From Candidatus Bathyarchaeota archaeon (lineage in GTDB: Archaea > Thermoproteota > Bathyarchaeia > Bathyarchaeales > Bathycorpusculaceae), in assembly GCA_963772455.1 (NCBI GenBank), contig CAVYXJ010000010.1, positions 64,001-128,000 on the forward strand: a stretch of DNA of 64,000 nt. Reading direction: 5' to 3'. Under the pieces are notes generated by a model. It made no database searches. It was not told the DNA's origin and saw only the letters and a program-made list of their open reading frames with translations. Positions 38,667 to 48,715 of the stretch are shown here, in pieces; the first letter of the stretch is position 1; each line of letters begins with the position of its first letter. The position numbers were made by a program, and so were the translations under genes.

Positions 38667-39514
38667 TCTGTTCCCTTAAAAAGTAATCTGTTCTTTAACC
38701 TGTCATAAAAATCGGTTTCAAAACGAATAAACGAAGTTACGTTTTTGGACCTTGTAACTTCAAGTATATCCTCAACAGCTACAATTTTTCGGTAATTGCC
38801 ATCGATTAAGATAAGCATTTCATTTGGTCTTTCAACATTGAAGCTCACAGTTGAATCAGCCGGAAACACAAGCGAATGAAAAACCGTTAACGAGCAAATA
38901 GGCGTTAGAACATAGGCATCAACTTCTTGGTCTAAAACTGGTCCCCCTGCTGAAAGTGAGTAGCCTGTGGAACCTGTTTGAGTTGCAACGATTAATCCGT
39001 CTGCTTGGCATTTTAGGATTGGCTGTCCATCTTTACATATTTGCGAATAAAGTATTTTTGAAGGTTCACAAGCAGATATGACAACATCGTTTAAAGCATC
39101 GGGCATTGGTTTTTTGCCAATTGAAACGGCCAATTTTGCACATTTTTCTATTTTGTACTCGCCTTTAAGAATTCTTTCTACCGCATCATAGACCTTTTTT
39201 GGTTCAACTTCTGTTAGAAAGCCTCTGACTCCCATGTTTATTGTTAATATCGGAGGCTCAGGTTTAGGAACATTGAGGCAAGTTCGCAGAATGGTTCCAT
39301 CTCCCCCAATAGTAATGATAAAATCAGTCTTCATTTTTGAGAGTGGAATAAATTCTTCTTTAGTAGTCACTTTGTCTGCGAGAGTATCTTCAATGTAAAC
39401 CTTCAAGCCTCTCTTTTTTAGGTACTCAGATAAATCTTCGGTTAGTTTCAGCGCCGATTTTTTATCGTAGCGGGCAACTAAACCAACGCTTTTGAACACT
39501 TTTCCACAGCTCAT
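38663..39514 (-). CDS. nadK: NAD kinase
   Basis: IGGDGTIL, ALND, ADGLIVATQTGSTGYSLSAGGP. Confidence 0.93.
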   Translation of the reverse strand: MSCGKVFKSVGLVARYDKKSALKLTEDLSEYLKKRGLKVYIEDTLADKVTTKEEFIPLSKMKTDFIITIGGDGTILRTCLNVPKPEPPILTINMGVRGFLTEVEPKKVYDAVERILKGEYKIEKCAKLAVSIGKKPMPDALNDVVISACEPSKILYSQICKDGQPILKCQADGLIVATQTGSTGYSLSAGGPVLDQEVDAYVLTPICSLTVFHSLVFPADSTVSFNVERPNEMLILIDGNYRKIVAVEDILEVTRSKNVTSFIRFETDFYDRLKNRLLFKGTE

Positions 39515-39589
39515 TATTAGCGTAAACCTTAATCTATATATGCGTGTTGTTCAGAATTGCATTAAATAGAAAGATACTGTGGTGAGCGT

Positions 39590-39982
39590 ATGAGTAAACC
39601 AGTAGATGTTGGAGAATTACGCGTCGGCGGCTACATGATGATTGAGGGTGAACCCTGTCGCATAGTAGACATCGCCAAGTCCAAACCGGGAAAACATGGT
39701 TCAGCTAAAGCCAGAATCGTTGCTATAGGCGTTTTTGACGGACAAAAAAGACAATTCGTTAAACCAGTTGACCTTGGAGCGGAGGTCCCCATAATTGATA
39801 AAAGGACAGGTCAAGTCTTCGCGATTAACCCCACTGGCGTACAGATAATGGACTTGGAAACCTATGAGTACTTAGATGCTCCATTTCCAGATGAGCCAGA
39901 GTTAAAAGTAAAACTTGTTGCTGGCGCTGAAATTGAATACTGGGCGATCCTTGGAAAAGTAAAAATCGTCAGAGTAAAATAA
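39590..39982 (+). CDS. eif5a: Translation factor aIF5A
   Basis: SKPGKHGSAK hypusine motif. Confidence 0.96.
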   Translation: MSKPVDVGELRVGGYMMIEGEPCRIVDIAKSKPGKHGSAKARIVAIGVFDGQKRQFVKPVDLGAEVPIIDKRTGQVFAINPTGVQIMDLETYEYLDAPFPDEPELKVKLVAGAEIEYWAILGKVKIVRVK

Positions 39983-40048
39983 TCATTTAAATATTTTTTC
40001 TTCTTATTTCCGTTAAAGTTTATGTTCTAGCGTGAAGCCTTTTGCATT

Positions 40049-40114
40049 GAAGCCAATGATGCATGAAGAGCCGTCTGATTTGTGAAGAATATTTTAATGG
40101 GGAACTGAGGCTTC
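40049..40114 (+). ncRNA. C/D-box guide sRNA
   Basis: Terminal stem gaagcc/ggcttc; C ATGATGC (1 mismatch), D' CTGA, C' GTGAAGA, D CTGA with guide-length spacers. Confidence 0.65.
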
Positions 40115-40198
40115 ACCTAAATATTACCCTCCGTTGTTTCAGTTTTAAGATGCAATCTTTATTTAAAAGAACAATAGATGTTTAGGCTGGAGACTCTG

Positions 40199-41545
40199 AT
40201 GGCACTAGATAATTTAGGTTCATCTCTAACAAACGCTATAAAGAAGCTTTTCAAAGCTGGCGTAGTTGATGAAGCCACAGTGAAGGAACTGGTCCGCGAT
40301 ATCCAACGCGCTCTGCTTCAATCAGACGTTAATGTCCAACTTGTTCTTCAAATCTCCAAAAACATTGAAGATCGAGCACTTAAAGAAAAAGTTCCGCCAG
40401 GCGTTTCAAGACGCGAACACGTAATAAAAGTAGTTTACGAAGAATTAACAAAATTCGTTGGCGATAAGCCTGTTCCACTCAAAGTGGAGCCGGGCAAAAA
40501 GAAAATCGTAATGCTAGTAGGTATTCAAGGTTCAGGAAAAACCACACACGCTGCTAAACTGGCGAGGTATTTCCAAAAGAGAGGTTTAAAGGTGGGATTG
40601 ATTTGTGCTGATACTTACCGTCCAGGAGCTTATGCCCAACTTCAGCAACTTGCAACTCGAACAAATACACCCTTCTTTGGTGACCTAAAACAAAAAGACC
40701 CAGTGAAAGTGGTTAGGGAAGGTCTAAAGCAATTCGTCGAAAAAGATTTTATTATTGTTGATACCGCTGGCAGGCATAAGGAAGAGAAAGATTTAATCAA
40801 GGAAATGAAGGACCTTGAAAAGAACATTAAACCTGACGAGGTCATAATGGTTATTGACGGCACCATCGGTCAGCAAGCACTTGCACAAGCAAAAACCTTC
40901 CATGAAGCAACACCCATCGGCGCAATTATAGTAACTAAACTCGATGGATCCTCAAGGGGAGGCGGAGCACTTTCAGCAGTTGCCGCAACTGGAGCCCCCA
41001 TTAAATTTATAGGGACTGGAGAAAAAATCGAAGACATTGAACCTTTTATTCCTTCGCGGTTTGTCGGTCGACTGTTAGGCATGGGTGATCTAGAAACTCT
41101 ATTAGAAAAAGTAAAAGACGCTGAAATTCAAGTTCCTCAAAAGAAAGCTAAAGAAATTATGAGCGGTAATTTTACTTTAACCGATATGTATGAACAATTC
41201 CAAGCAGTTAAAAAAATGGGGCCTTTCGGAAAAGTTCTCAAAATGATTCCAGGTATGTCTTCTTCAGATGTTCCGGAAGAGATGTTAAACACCGCCGAAG
41301 GACGACTTGAAAAGTGGGGAGTAATAATCCAATCCATGACTCTACAGGAGAAAGAGAATCCTAAATTGCTAAATTCTTCAAGGGCAAAGCGCATTGCTCG
41401 AGGATCAGGAACATCTGAAAAGGAGGTCAAGGAACTTCTCAAACAATACATCATGATGCGTAAAATGCTGAAGATGTTCAAACACAAGAAGAAGCTTCCT
41501 TTTGGCTTAGGTGGCGGGAAAGGTATGCCCACAGGTTTCAAGTAG
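40199..41545 (+). CDS. srp54: Signal recognition particle protein SRP54
   Basis: GIQGSGKTT, DTAGRH, TKLDG, M domain. Confidence 0.97.
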   Translation: MALDNLGSSLTNAIKKLFKAGVVDEATVKELVRDIQRALLQSDVNVQLVLQISKNIEDRALKEKVPPGVSRREHVIKVVYEELTKFVGDKPVPLKVEPGKKKIVMLVGIQGSGKTTHAAKLARYFQKRGLKVGLICADTYRPGAYAQLQQLATRTNTPFFGDLKQKDPVKVVREGLKQFVEKDFIIVDTAGRHKEEKDLIKEMKDLEKNIKPDEVIMVIDGTIGQQALAQAKTFHEATPIGAIIVTKLDGSSRGGGALSAVAATGAPIKFIGTGEKIEDIEPFIPSRFVGRLLGMGDLETLLEKVKDAEIQVPQKKAKEIMSGNFTLTDMYEQFQAVKKMGPFGKVLKMIPGMSSSDVPEEMLNTAEGRLEKWGVIIQSMTLQEKENPKLLNSSRAKRIARGSGTSEKEVKELLKQYIMMRKMLKMFKHKKKLPFGLGGGKGMPTGFK

Positions 41546-41555
41546 GCTAAAAAGA

Positions 41556-42893
41556 ATGGATATTTTAAAAAAAGCTTTCGAAATACTTAGTAAATACCCG
41601 CTTTGTGACCACTGCTTAGGCAGACAGTTTGCATTACTTGGTTACAGTATGGAAAACAATGTTCGAGGTCAAGCATTAAAAATTAGTTTAACATTACAAG
41701 CTAACGACCTTATCGCAGAGAAGAATGTTGAGGGTGTGAAGAGGCTTAAGGTTCTTTCAACAAATGGTTTTTCTAGAGAAGCCAAAGAAACTTTGAAACA
41801 CCTAAACAAACGCTTGCCAAAAAATGATTCTGATCAAAAATGCATTCTTTGTGAAGGTAAATTTGAGATTATTGACAATTTAACCAATAGAGCATTGGAA
41901 ATACTCGCTGATTATGAATTTACAACTTTTCTTGTAGGAATTGAATTACCCACCAAAATTGAAGAACAAGAGGACGAGTTTAAGGCTGCGGTCAACATTG
42001 GTTACGGTGAAAGCATCAAACATGAATTTGGCAGATTGCTTGGCAAAGCAATAGGAAAACGCACAGGCAAAGAAGCTGATTATCTAATACCTGATATTGT
42101 TGTTATCTTCAACCCTTTCCTTGAAAAAATCCGAGTGCAAGTTAACCCTCTTTTCGTTGCTGGCAGATACCGCAAACTAGTGCGGACTATTCCCCAGTCG
42201 AAGTGGTTCTGTTCAAATTGCAGAGGTCGAGGTTGCGAAAAATGTGGCGAAACTGGAAAAATGTATCCTGAATCAGTTGAGGAGTTGTCTTCTAAACAGT
42301 TGCTTGAGGCTGTTAATGGCGAAGAAATTTTCTTTCATGCTTCGGGCCGTGAAGATATAGATGCACGAATGCTTGGAAGTGGTAGGCCTTTTGTTATTGA
42401 GGTTTCTAAACCCAGGAAACGGTTCATTGATTTGAAACCGATTGAAATTCAAATTAACGCTGAGGCAATGGGAAAAATTGCGGTATCAGGATTACATTTT
42501 ACCACCAAAGATGTTGTTAGACGTCTCAAGAAGGGTGAGGGTGCTCAGAAGGAATATAGTTTGTTGGCTGAGTTTGAAAATGAATTAGTGGATCAAGATT
42601 TGGTCACAATAGAAGAAAAGTTTTCTGGGGTGTGTATTAAACAACAGACACCATTGCGTGTTATGCATCGTCGGGCTGACCTTATCCGAGAAAAGTACAT
42701 ATATCAGGTTAAAGTTAAGAAGGTGTCGCTTAAGAGGGCTCTACTGGAAATTCATTGTCAAGGTGGGCTCTACGTTAAAGAATTGGTGTCTGGAGATGAA
42801 GGAAGAACAGTACCGAACGTTTCGGATTTGCTTAAAAATAGAGCGAAGACGCTTAAGCTTGACGTTCTTAATGTAATAATGGATGATAATTAA
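41556..42893 (+). CDS. pus10: tRNA pseudouridine(54/55) synthase Pus10
   Basis: LCDHCLGRQF, FHASGREDIDARMLG, QGGLYVKELVSGD. Confidence 0.95.
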   Translation: MDILKKAFEILSKYPLCDHCLGRQFALLGYSMENNVRGQALKISLTLQANDLIAEKNVEGVKRLKVLSTNGFSREAKETLKHLNKRLPKNDSDQKCILCEGKFEIIDNLTNRALEILADYEFTTFLVGIELPTKIEEQEDEFKAAVNIGYGESIKHEFGRLLGKAIGKRTGKEADYLIPDIVVIFNPFLEKIRVQVNPLFVAGRYRKLVRTIPQSKWFCSNCRGRGCEKCGETGKMYPESVEELSSKQLLEAVNGEEIFFHASGREDIDARMLGSGRPFVIEVSKPRKRFIDLKPIEIQINAEAMGKIAVSGLHFTTKDVVRRLKKGEGAQKEYSLLAEFENELVDQDLVTIEEKFSGVCIKQQTPLRVMHRRADLIREKYIYQVKVKKVSLKRALLEIHCQGGLYVKELVSGDEGRTVPNVSDLLKNRAKTLKLDVLNVIMDDN

Positions 42894-42906
42894 AGGTGAA
42901 AATTGA

Positions 42907-43203
42907 ATGAGAGGTTCAAAAGGCTATTACACAGGTACTCGCAGTTTGCTGCGTAAACCAACTCGTGCTAAAGGTAAACCACATATTGGTAAAACCCTTC
43001 AAGATTATGCTCCTGGTTCTCAAGTAATCATAAAAATGGATTCAAGTACACAGAAGAGTATGCCTCATAAGAGATTCCATGGCAAAATCGGTGTAATAGT
43101 GGAAAAACGTGGTAGAGGATATGTCGTTAGTGTTCCACAGGGCAACGCTATTAAAGAAATTATTACTCGCTCAGAACATTTAGAGCCATATACAGGTAAG
43201 TGA
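42907..43203 (+). CDS. rpl21e: 50S ribosomal protein L21e
   Basis: MPHKRFHGKIG; position after pus10. Confidence 0.95.
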   Translation: MRGSKGYYTGTRSLLRKPTRAKGKPHIGKTLQDYAPGSQVIIKMDSSTQKSMPHKRFHGKIGVIVEKRGRGYVVSVPQGNAIKEIITRSEHLEPYTGK

Positions 43204-43208
43204 GAGAA

Positions 43209-43547
43209 ATGAGCAAGAGAGAAGTAAGCGAAAGCCGCTTGACCTTACCGCAAGTTAAGAAAGTATTGGAAACCATCGGCGAAGAAAACCTGGATCAATT
43301 CCAACGTCGAACGCTCGATTACGTAAGCAAATTCTCCAAATGTGACCCTGTTAAAGCCGAAGAACTCTTGCAAACGCTACTCAAAGAATATGAACTTGAA
43401 GAAGCTGAAGCAGTTCAAATTATTAATTGTATGCCTGAGACTGTAGACGAGTTGAGGATTTTCTTGGCAGGCGGTCGGAAAATCATTGAAACCACTAAAT
43501 TGCACACGATTGTTGAGCTTCTAAATGAGAATCGAATGTTGAAATAG
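43209..43547 (+). CDS. rpo4: RNA polymerase subunit Rpo4/F
   Basis: QRRTLDYVSKFSK, IINCMPETVDELR; synteny. Confidence 0.92.
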   Translation: MSKREVSESRLTLPQVKKVLETIGEENLDQFQRRTLDYVSKFSKCDPVKAEELLQTLLKEYELEEAEAVQIINCMPETVDELRIFLAGGRKIIETTKLHTIVELLNENRMLK

Positions 43548-43605
43548 GCGTAATTGACTAAGTATTTTTAAGCAGTAAGCGAGAATAGACTAGCGGACGG
43601 ACTCA

Positions 43606-44181
43606 GTGACTATTATGGAAAAGCGGTATGAAGAACATGCTTACGTGTTAGATTTCCTTCAACACGGCAAGCCAGGATTTCGACCCACTGGAAGAGCAGG
43701 TTACCGAGCGGGCGCTCTAATTCAATGTGTCGGTGAAGAATTCTTTACCCTTTTAGAAGCCTTAGTAAAAGAAGAGCTAGTTTTGAAACCTGGTGACCGT
43801 GTGTATGTTGGAAAAGATTCCCGTGAAGAAGTCACCTATATTATAGGCCGTATTAGCTTTGAAGAATTGACTGCTTCAGCAAAAGCTGAACTTGCCAGTG
43901 TTATTAGCAAAATAGTTTCAAACCGAGAAAAATGGTTTGTAGGTTTCTTCAACACTGCTCGAGCAATTACACCTCGTATGCATGCCTTAGAACTGGTTCC
44001 AGGTATAGGCAAAAAATACATGTGGCAAGTCATCAATCAACGTGAACATAAACCCTTTGAAAGCTTCGAGGACTTACAGAAAAGGACCGAATTGCCCAAC
44101 CCTGTAAAATTGATTACAAAACGCGTAATGGAAGAGCTTGAGGGTGACAGCAAATATCGCTTGTTCACACGAGCTCAATAA
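43606..44181 (+). CDS. DUF655 family putative RNA-binding protein
   Basis: YEEHAYVLDF, RMHALELVPGIGKK. Confidence 0.92.
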   Translation: MTIMEKRYEEHAYVLDFLQHGKPGFRPTGRAGYRAGALIQCVGEEFFTLLEALVKEELVLKPGDRVYVGKDSREEVTYIIGRISFEELTASAKAELASVISKIVSNREKWFVGFFNTARAITPRMHALELVPGIGKKYMWQVINQREHKPFESFEDLQKRTELPNPVKLITKRVMEELEGDSKYRLFTRAQ

Positions 44182-44191
44182 GGTCAAAACA

Positions 44192-45010
44192 ATGAGTCTT
44201 GAGGAAACCAAGCAATTACTTAGAGTGCACAAAATTTCCCCTAACAAAATTTTGGGTCAAAATTTTATGGTTGAGCCATCGTTTTACCTAAAAATGTGCA
44301 ACTATGCGGAAATTGGTAAAGAGGATATTGTCTTAGATGTCGGCGCTGGCTTCGGGTGGTTAACCTGCTTCTTAGCAAATAAATGCAGGAAAATAGTTGC
44401 AGTCGAAAAGGATCCAAACGTTACAAAGGTTCTTCGCGAGCAAGTAAAAAACTTGGACAACGTATCCGTTATTGAAGGTGACGTTTTGAAAGTAGCCTTG
44501 CCAGAATTTAACAAGGTAGTTGCTATTCCCCCTTACTATCTATCTTCTCATTTGATCCTGTGGCTTTTGGAAAAAAAGGTTGAATGTGCAGTCCTGATTT
44601 TGCAGAAAGAATTTGCTGCTCGCCTAATCGCATCTTGTGGTAGTGAAGAGTATGGCTGGATAACAGTTGTCACAAATCAAGGAGCGGCAGTTGAGCTGCT
44701 AGACTCAGTAACCAAAGAAATGTTTTATCCGCAGCCAGAAGTTGATTCGGTAGTCGTTAGCTTAAAATTTTGGAGAACCAAACCTTTCGAGGTAAAAGAT
44801 CATGTATCTTTCGTGAGAATGACAAAGTGGCTTTTTTCCCAACGCAATAAAAAGTTAGCAAAAGCAATTGCGCCATTTATCAAGAGCAACTTCAAATTGA
44901 GCAAACAAGATGCAGAAAAACTTTCTCACAGTTTGCCTTTTATTGAAAGACGTGTAAGAGAGTTATCTCCTAATGATTTTGGAGCATTAACAAATGCATT
45001 GTATAAGTAA
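44192..45010 (+). CDS. rsmA: 16S rRNA dimethyladenosine transferase
   Basis: LGQNF, LDVGAGFG, QKEFAARL, FYPQPEVDS. Confidence 0.93.
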   Translation: MSLEETKQLLRVHKISPNKILGQNFMVEPSFYLKMCNYAEIGKEDIVLDVGAGFGWLTCFLANKCRKIVAVEKDPNVTKVLREQVKNLDNVSVIEGDVLKVALPEFNKVVAIPPYYLSSHLILWLLEKKVECAVLILQKEFAARLIASCGSEEYGWITVVTNQGAAVELLDSVTKEMFYPQPEVDSVVVSLKFWRTKPFEVKDHVSFVRMTKWLFSQRNKKLAKAIAPFIKSNFKLSKQDAEKLSHSLPFIERRVRELSPNDFGALTNALYK

Positions 45011-45629
45011 AAGAGTGCACTTTGATAACTACGTTTTTAACATTTATGAAGAAGTCTATGATCCTGCAGAAGATACTTTTCTCTTCGCCGAAAACATTGA
45101 GATTAAAGAAGGTGACCTGATTTTGGATATAGGCACTGGTTGCGGATTGCTTGGAATATTAGCTGCAAAAAAAGCTGTGCGTGTGATAGCAGTTGATTTT
45201 AATCCTTTTGCGATTCGCTGTGCGAAGGAAAATTCGGCGATCAATGGGGTGTGCAGTAAAATCGATTTTATTCAAGCCAGTCTATTAAAAGCTCTAAATT
45301 CTAGTGCAAAATTTGACTTGATTCTATTTAATGCTCCTTACTTGCCCTCAGAAAAGGGTGAGGATTCGTCTTGGATTGGGCGTGCTTGGGCAGGAGGTGC
45401 CAACGGACGTGAAGTGGTTGATCAATTTATTTTTGAAGCATCTTTGCATTTGAAGCCTCAGGGTAGAATTCTTTTGATGCAATCTACGCTCACAGGCGTC
45501 GAAATTACGATTCGCAAATTTATCGAGCACGGACTTAAAGCGTGTGTGAAGGTTGAACAGAAACTGCCTTTTTTCGAGACTTTAACCTTGGTAGAAGCTA
45601 CTGCTAACAAGTATAAAGAAACAATTTAA
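44994..45629 (+). CDS. HemK2/Mtq2-like protein methyltransferase
   Basis: VYDPAEDTFL, DIGTGCG, FNAPYLP, AWAGG. Confidence 0.9.
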   Translation: MHCISKRVHFDNYVFNIYEEVYDPAEDTFLFAENIEIKEGDLILDIGTGCGLLGILAAKKAVRVIAVDFNPFAIRCAKENSAINGVCSKIDFIQASLLKALNSSAKFDLILFNAPYLPSEKGEDSSWIGRAWAGGANGREVVDQFIFEASLHLKPQGRILLMQSTLTGVEITIRKFIEHGLKACVKVEQKLPFFETLTLVEATANKYKETI

Positions 45630-45652
45630 AGCTAGAATCGATTTAATACTGA

Positions 45653-45994
45653 TTGGTAGTAGTTATGACACTTTGGTTTTATGTAAAAACAAATGAAGAC
45701 ATAAAAGCTGTTGGAGAAGTTGTTTGTGCCTTCAACTTCATGCAGGGGCAACATCCTGAAGACAAATATTCTTGGATTATTGAAGCTGGAAAAGATGAAC
45801 CTGGTTACTGGGAAATCAAAGGTAAATATGCCGCGTTAAAAGACGTTACGATTATCTGTATTGTTTATAGGATTGGCGATACCGTGGCTTTTGCTGAAAT
45901 CGATGATGATTTGTCTCCGAATTTTGCTGACCCACTTATTGCAAAGTATGGGTTGGATAATGTTAAATGGATGGTTATTCCCTCAAAAAAATAA
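45653..45994 (+). CDS. Hypothetical protein
   Basis: Clean ORF with protein-like composition; no motif recognised. Confidence 0.6.
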   Translation: MVVVMTLWFYVKTNEDIKAVGEVVCAFNFMQGQHPEDKYSWIIEAGKDEPGYWEIKGKYAALKDVTIICIVYRIGDTVAFAEIDDDLSPNFADPLIAKYGLDNVKWMVIPSKK

Positions 45995-46124
45995 GTTAGT
46001 TCTAAAAGTTATTGGGTAACTCCATCTCTTCTATTTTTAGATTCTGTACATTTTTAATTTAATAACTTAAGTTCTCTTGCGTGTCCATTTAAAAAGGGAC
46101 TATAAACTTCGCTAAGAATATGAT

Positions 46125-46610
46125 TTATTGTTTATCGTATTTTTCAACTATATCATTCATAATTGCTAGTTCTATTCCAGCCTGCTTGAACATATTGATA
46201 GTGTCAGCGTCGGCATGATAGCGTTTCGCGCAGACCACCCTTTTAATTCCAGCATTAATTATCATCATAGCGCAGGTTCGACACGGTGTCATCTTGCAGA
46301 AAAGTGTTGACCCTTCAAGGGAGATGCCAAACCTCGCCGCTTGAATTATCGCATTCTGTTCTGCATGTAATGTCCGAACACAGTGTTGGGTGACTTCCCC
46401 GTTGGAATTGAATACTTTGCGCATGTCGTGTCCGGCTTCGTCGCAATGTGGTAATCCTGCAGGAGCACCAACGTAACCAGTAGTCATTATTCGTTTATCT
46501 TTGACGATTACGCAACCGCTTCTTCCTCTGTCACATGTCGCGCGAACTGCAACAGCTTCACATAAGTCTAGGAAATACCTGTCCCAATTTGGTCTTGGAT
46601 TAGTGCTCAT
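46125..46610 (-). CDS. dCMP deaminase family protein
   Basis: HAEQNAI, PCRTC. Confidence 0.92.
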   Translation of the reverse strand: MSTNPRPNWDRYFLDLCEAVAVRATCDRGRSGCVIVKDKRIMTTGYVGAPAGLPHCDEAGHDMRKVFNSNGEVTQHCVRTLHAEQNAIIQAARFGISLEGSTLFCKMTPCRTCAMMIINAGIKRVVCAKRYHADADTINMFKQAGIELAIMNDIVEKYDKQ

Positions 46611-46683
46611 TATTTGTTGCCTCGAACCGTTTTAGATTCATAGTTCGCTAATCGAATTAATAAATTGCACCGGAAGGCAGCAA

Positions 46684-47985
46684 TTATTTTTCAACTATGT
46701 GAATTTCTCTTCCAATCATGTGCCGTTCATCCATTTCAACTAATGAACCTGTGTTAACCAACCGTTCGAGTAGTAGACCTGTATTCTGTGAGAACATTTC
46801 TTTCGAGAAGGGATATTTCTTTTTGAGTCCCAAACTCTCAAATTTTTTGCAAATAGGCATAGTTATTGCTTGTCCGGATCGCGTTTTGATGTAAGGAGTA
46901 ACCAATACTAAAATTCCACCAGACTTTAGTGATTGTTTGGCTTGTTCAACAAAACCAAAATACAGCGGTTCAAGTTTCTGGATAATTTTTTCTGCATATG
47001 GACCTGTAGGCACTTGTCGTAGGGCTGGACCTAAATCTGGCTCACAAACAATACAATCCATTGTTTCCTGCCCGATTTTTTCAACCAGCCTATTAACGTC
47101 ACCTTGCAAAACCCGAAAATCCGCATCTTTTAGTGTGTACTCGTTAACTAACCATTCAAGATTCTCAGATGCAGCTTTAACACACCAAGAATTAACATCC
47201 ATACCTACAACCATTGCCTTCTCCAAAAGTGCTTCCTGAAGAATTGTGCCAACGCCGCAGAATGGGTCAAGCAAAGTCCTCCCAGCTTTGCATAAAGACA
47301 AGTTAACCATAATTCGCCCTAACCTTGGCGGCATACCAAAGATTTTTCTTTGGTTAGGTTTATAAATATCTCTTTTCTGGAATTCAAAGGGATTATGCAC
47401 TGCTACAGTGGTGCCTACCCAAGTTTCTGTTCTGCCGATGCAGAATAATATTTCAGATTTGCTTTCAACTAAATTCTTTTTTATGACTTCAACATGGCTG
47501 AGCTGGGCTTGCTTCCTTTCGTTGCCAAAACCCATAAAATTCGATTTCTTTCCTAAATTAGCAATTTCATCTTTTACAGCGCTTCCGACAAACCTTTGAA
47601 TTATTCCAGACGACGAGCGCAAGGTGCTTTCAGTGCAGTAAACGCTTACTCCAAACAGCACTTTTTCGGACGATTTATCTATACCATCAACTAAACCGCA
47701 TGATCGAATAGAGCTGCTTATTTGCGATTTGGCTTGCTTGTTCTTTTTGATAAATGCCTCTTTGACGGTTTCAGTAGGTAGCTTTGTTTTTACTTCCCCG
47801 ATTTTTATGGTACCTCCCAAATCGGTTATAGCTGAAGCGTCAAAGTCTTTGTTAAATGATAAAACGAAGAATTCTCCTGAAAAGAACAGGATTTCAAAAA
47901 CAATTTCTCTTGCTTTAAAGTAGGCGGTCAGCTCCGCTAGTGAGAGCATCCAGTTTTTTCCTGAAACAAACAATTCAGTTGGCAT
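46684..47985 (-). CDS. TRM11-like tRNA methyltransferase
   Basis: MPPRLGRIMVNL, LDPFCGVGTILQEA, CEPDLGP. Confidence 0.8.
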   Translation of the reverse strand: MPTELFVSGKNWMLSLAELTAYFKAREIVFEILFFSGEFFVLSFNKDFDASAITDLGGTIKIGEVKTKLPTETVKEAFIKKNKQAKSQISSSIRSCGLVDGIDKSSEKVLFGVSVYCTESTLRSSSGIIQRFVGSAVKDEIANLGKKSNFMGFGNERKQAQLSHVEVIKKNLVESKSEILFCIGRTETWVGTTVAVHNPFEFQKRDIYKPNQRKIFGMPPRLGRIMVNLSLCKAGRTLLDPFCGVGTILQEALLEKAMVVGMDVNSWCVKAASENLEWLVNEYTLKDADFRVLQGDVNRLVEKIGQETMDCIVCEPDLGPALRQVPTGPYAEKIIQKLEPLYFGFVEQAKQSLKSGGILVLVTPYIKTRSGQAITMPICKKFESLGLKKKYPFSKEMFSQNTGLLLERLVNTGSLVEMDERHMIGREIHIVEK

Positions 47986-48151
47986 TTTGGAAAATCAAAA
48001 GTAAACTAAGTATATAAGTGAATGACTGCAATTCGCTTGAATGGTGCCTATTACGTAAATAACTGTAAGTATGAAAACGCACGGAAGTATCTTAACTGAT
48101 TTACAAATCGTTTAAATACCGCTGAAGTAGTATGCTAAAAAGGGACGCAGC

Positions 48152-48715
48152 ATGCAAGCGAGAAATTACAGGCACGTTAAGAATCGGGCTTACACAAGAA
48201 AGAAGTATATTAGAGGTTTTCCGCCACCAAAAATAGTGAAATTCTCTATGGGTGACACTAAAGGGACTTTTGGACTTGAAGCTAGACTTATTGCTTTACA
48301 ACGTGCCCAAGTTCGTCATAGCGCTTTAGAAGCAGCGCGTGTTGCAACAAATCGTATCTTGATGGATAAACTCATAAATGATTATTATATGGTTGTTAAT
48401 TTATATCCACACATTATTCTGAGAGAAAATAAAATGATCTTTGGCGCTCACGCTGACCGACTTCAACAGGGAATGAGACGTTCATTTGGAACCCCAATTG
48501 GTACGGCAGCAAAAGTTGAGGTAGACCAAACTATTATAACAGTTAAAGTAAAAGCAGGTCAAGAGGTTCTTGCTAGAGAATCTCTTAAAAGAGGAAGTGC
48601 AAAACTTCCAATTCCATGCAAAGTAGTTATTTCCAAAATTGTAGCTCCTCCAATGATAGTCGAAGCGGATAAGACCGAATCCGAAGCGTCCGAAGTGGAG
48701 ACGGAGTCGACTTGA
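48152..48715 (+). CDS. rpl10e: 50S ribosomal protein uL16 (L10e)
   Basis: ALEAARV, YPHIILRENK, ADRLQQGMRRSFG. Confidence 0.96.
   Translation: MQARNYRHVKNRAYTRKKYIRGFPPPKIVKFSMGDTKGTFGLEARLIALQRAQVRHSALEAARVATNRILMDKLINDYYMVVNLYPHIILRENKMIFGAHADRLQQGMRRSFGTPIGTAAKVEVDQTIITVKVKAGQEVLARESLKRGSAKLPIPCKVVISKIVAPPMIVEADKTESEASEVETEST

Noticed and set aside
40995-41010. 10-nt complementarity between the sRNA D guide (tttaatgggg) and srp54 mRNA (ccccattaaa)
   Set aside because: Short and AT-rich enough to occur by chance; no supporting evidence for mRNA targeting.
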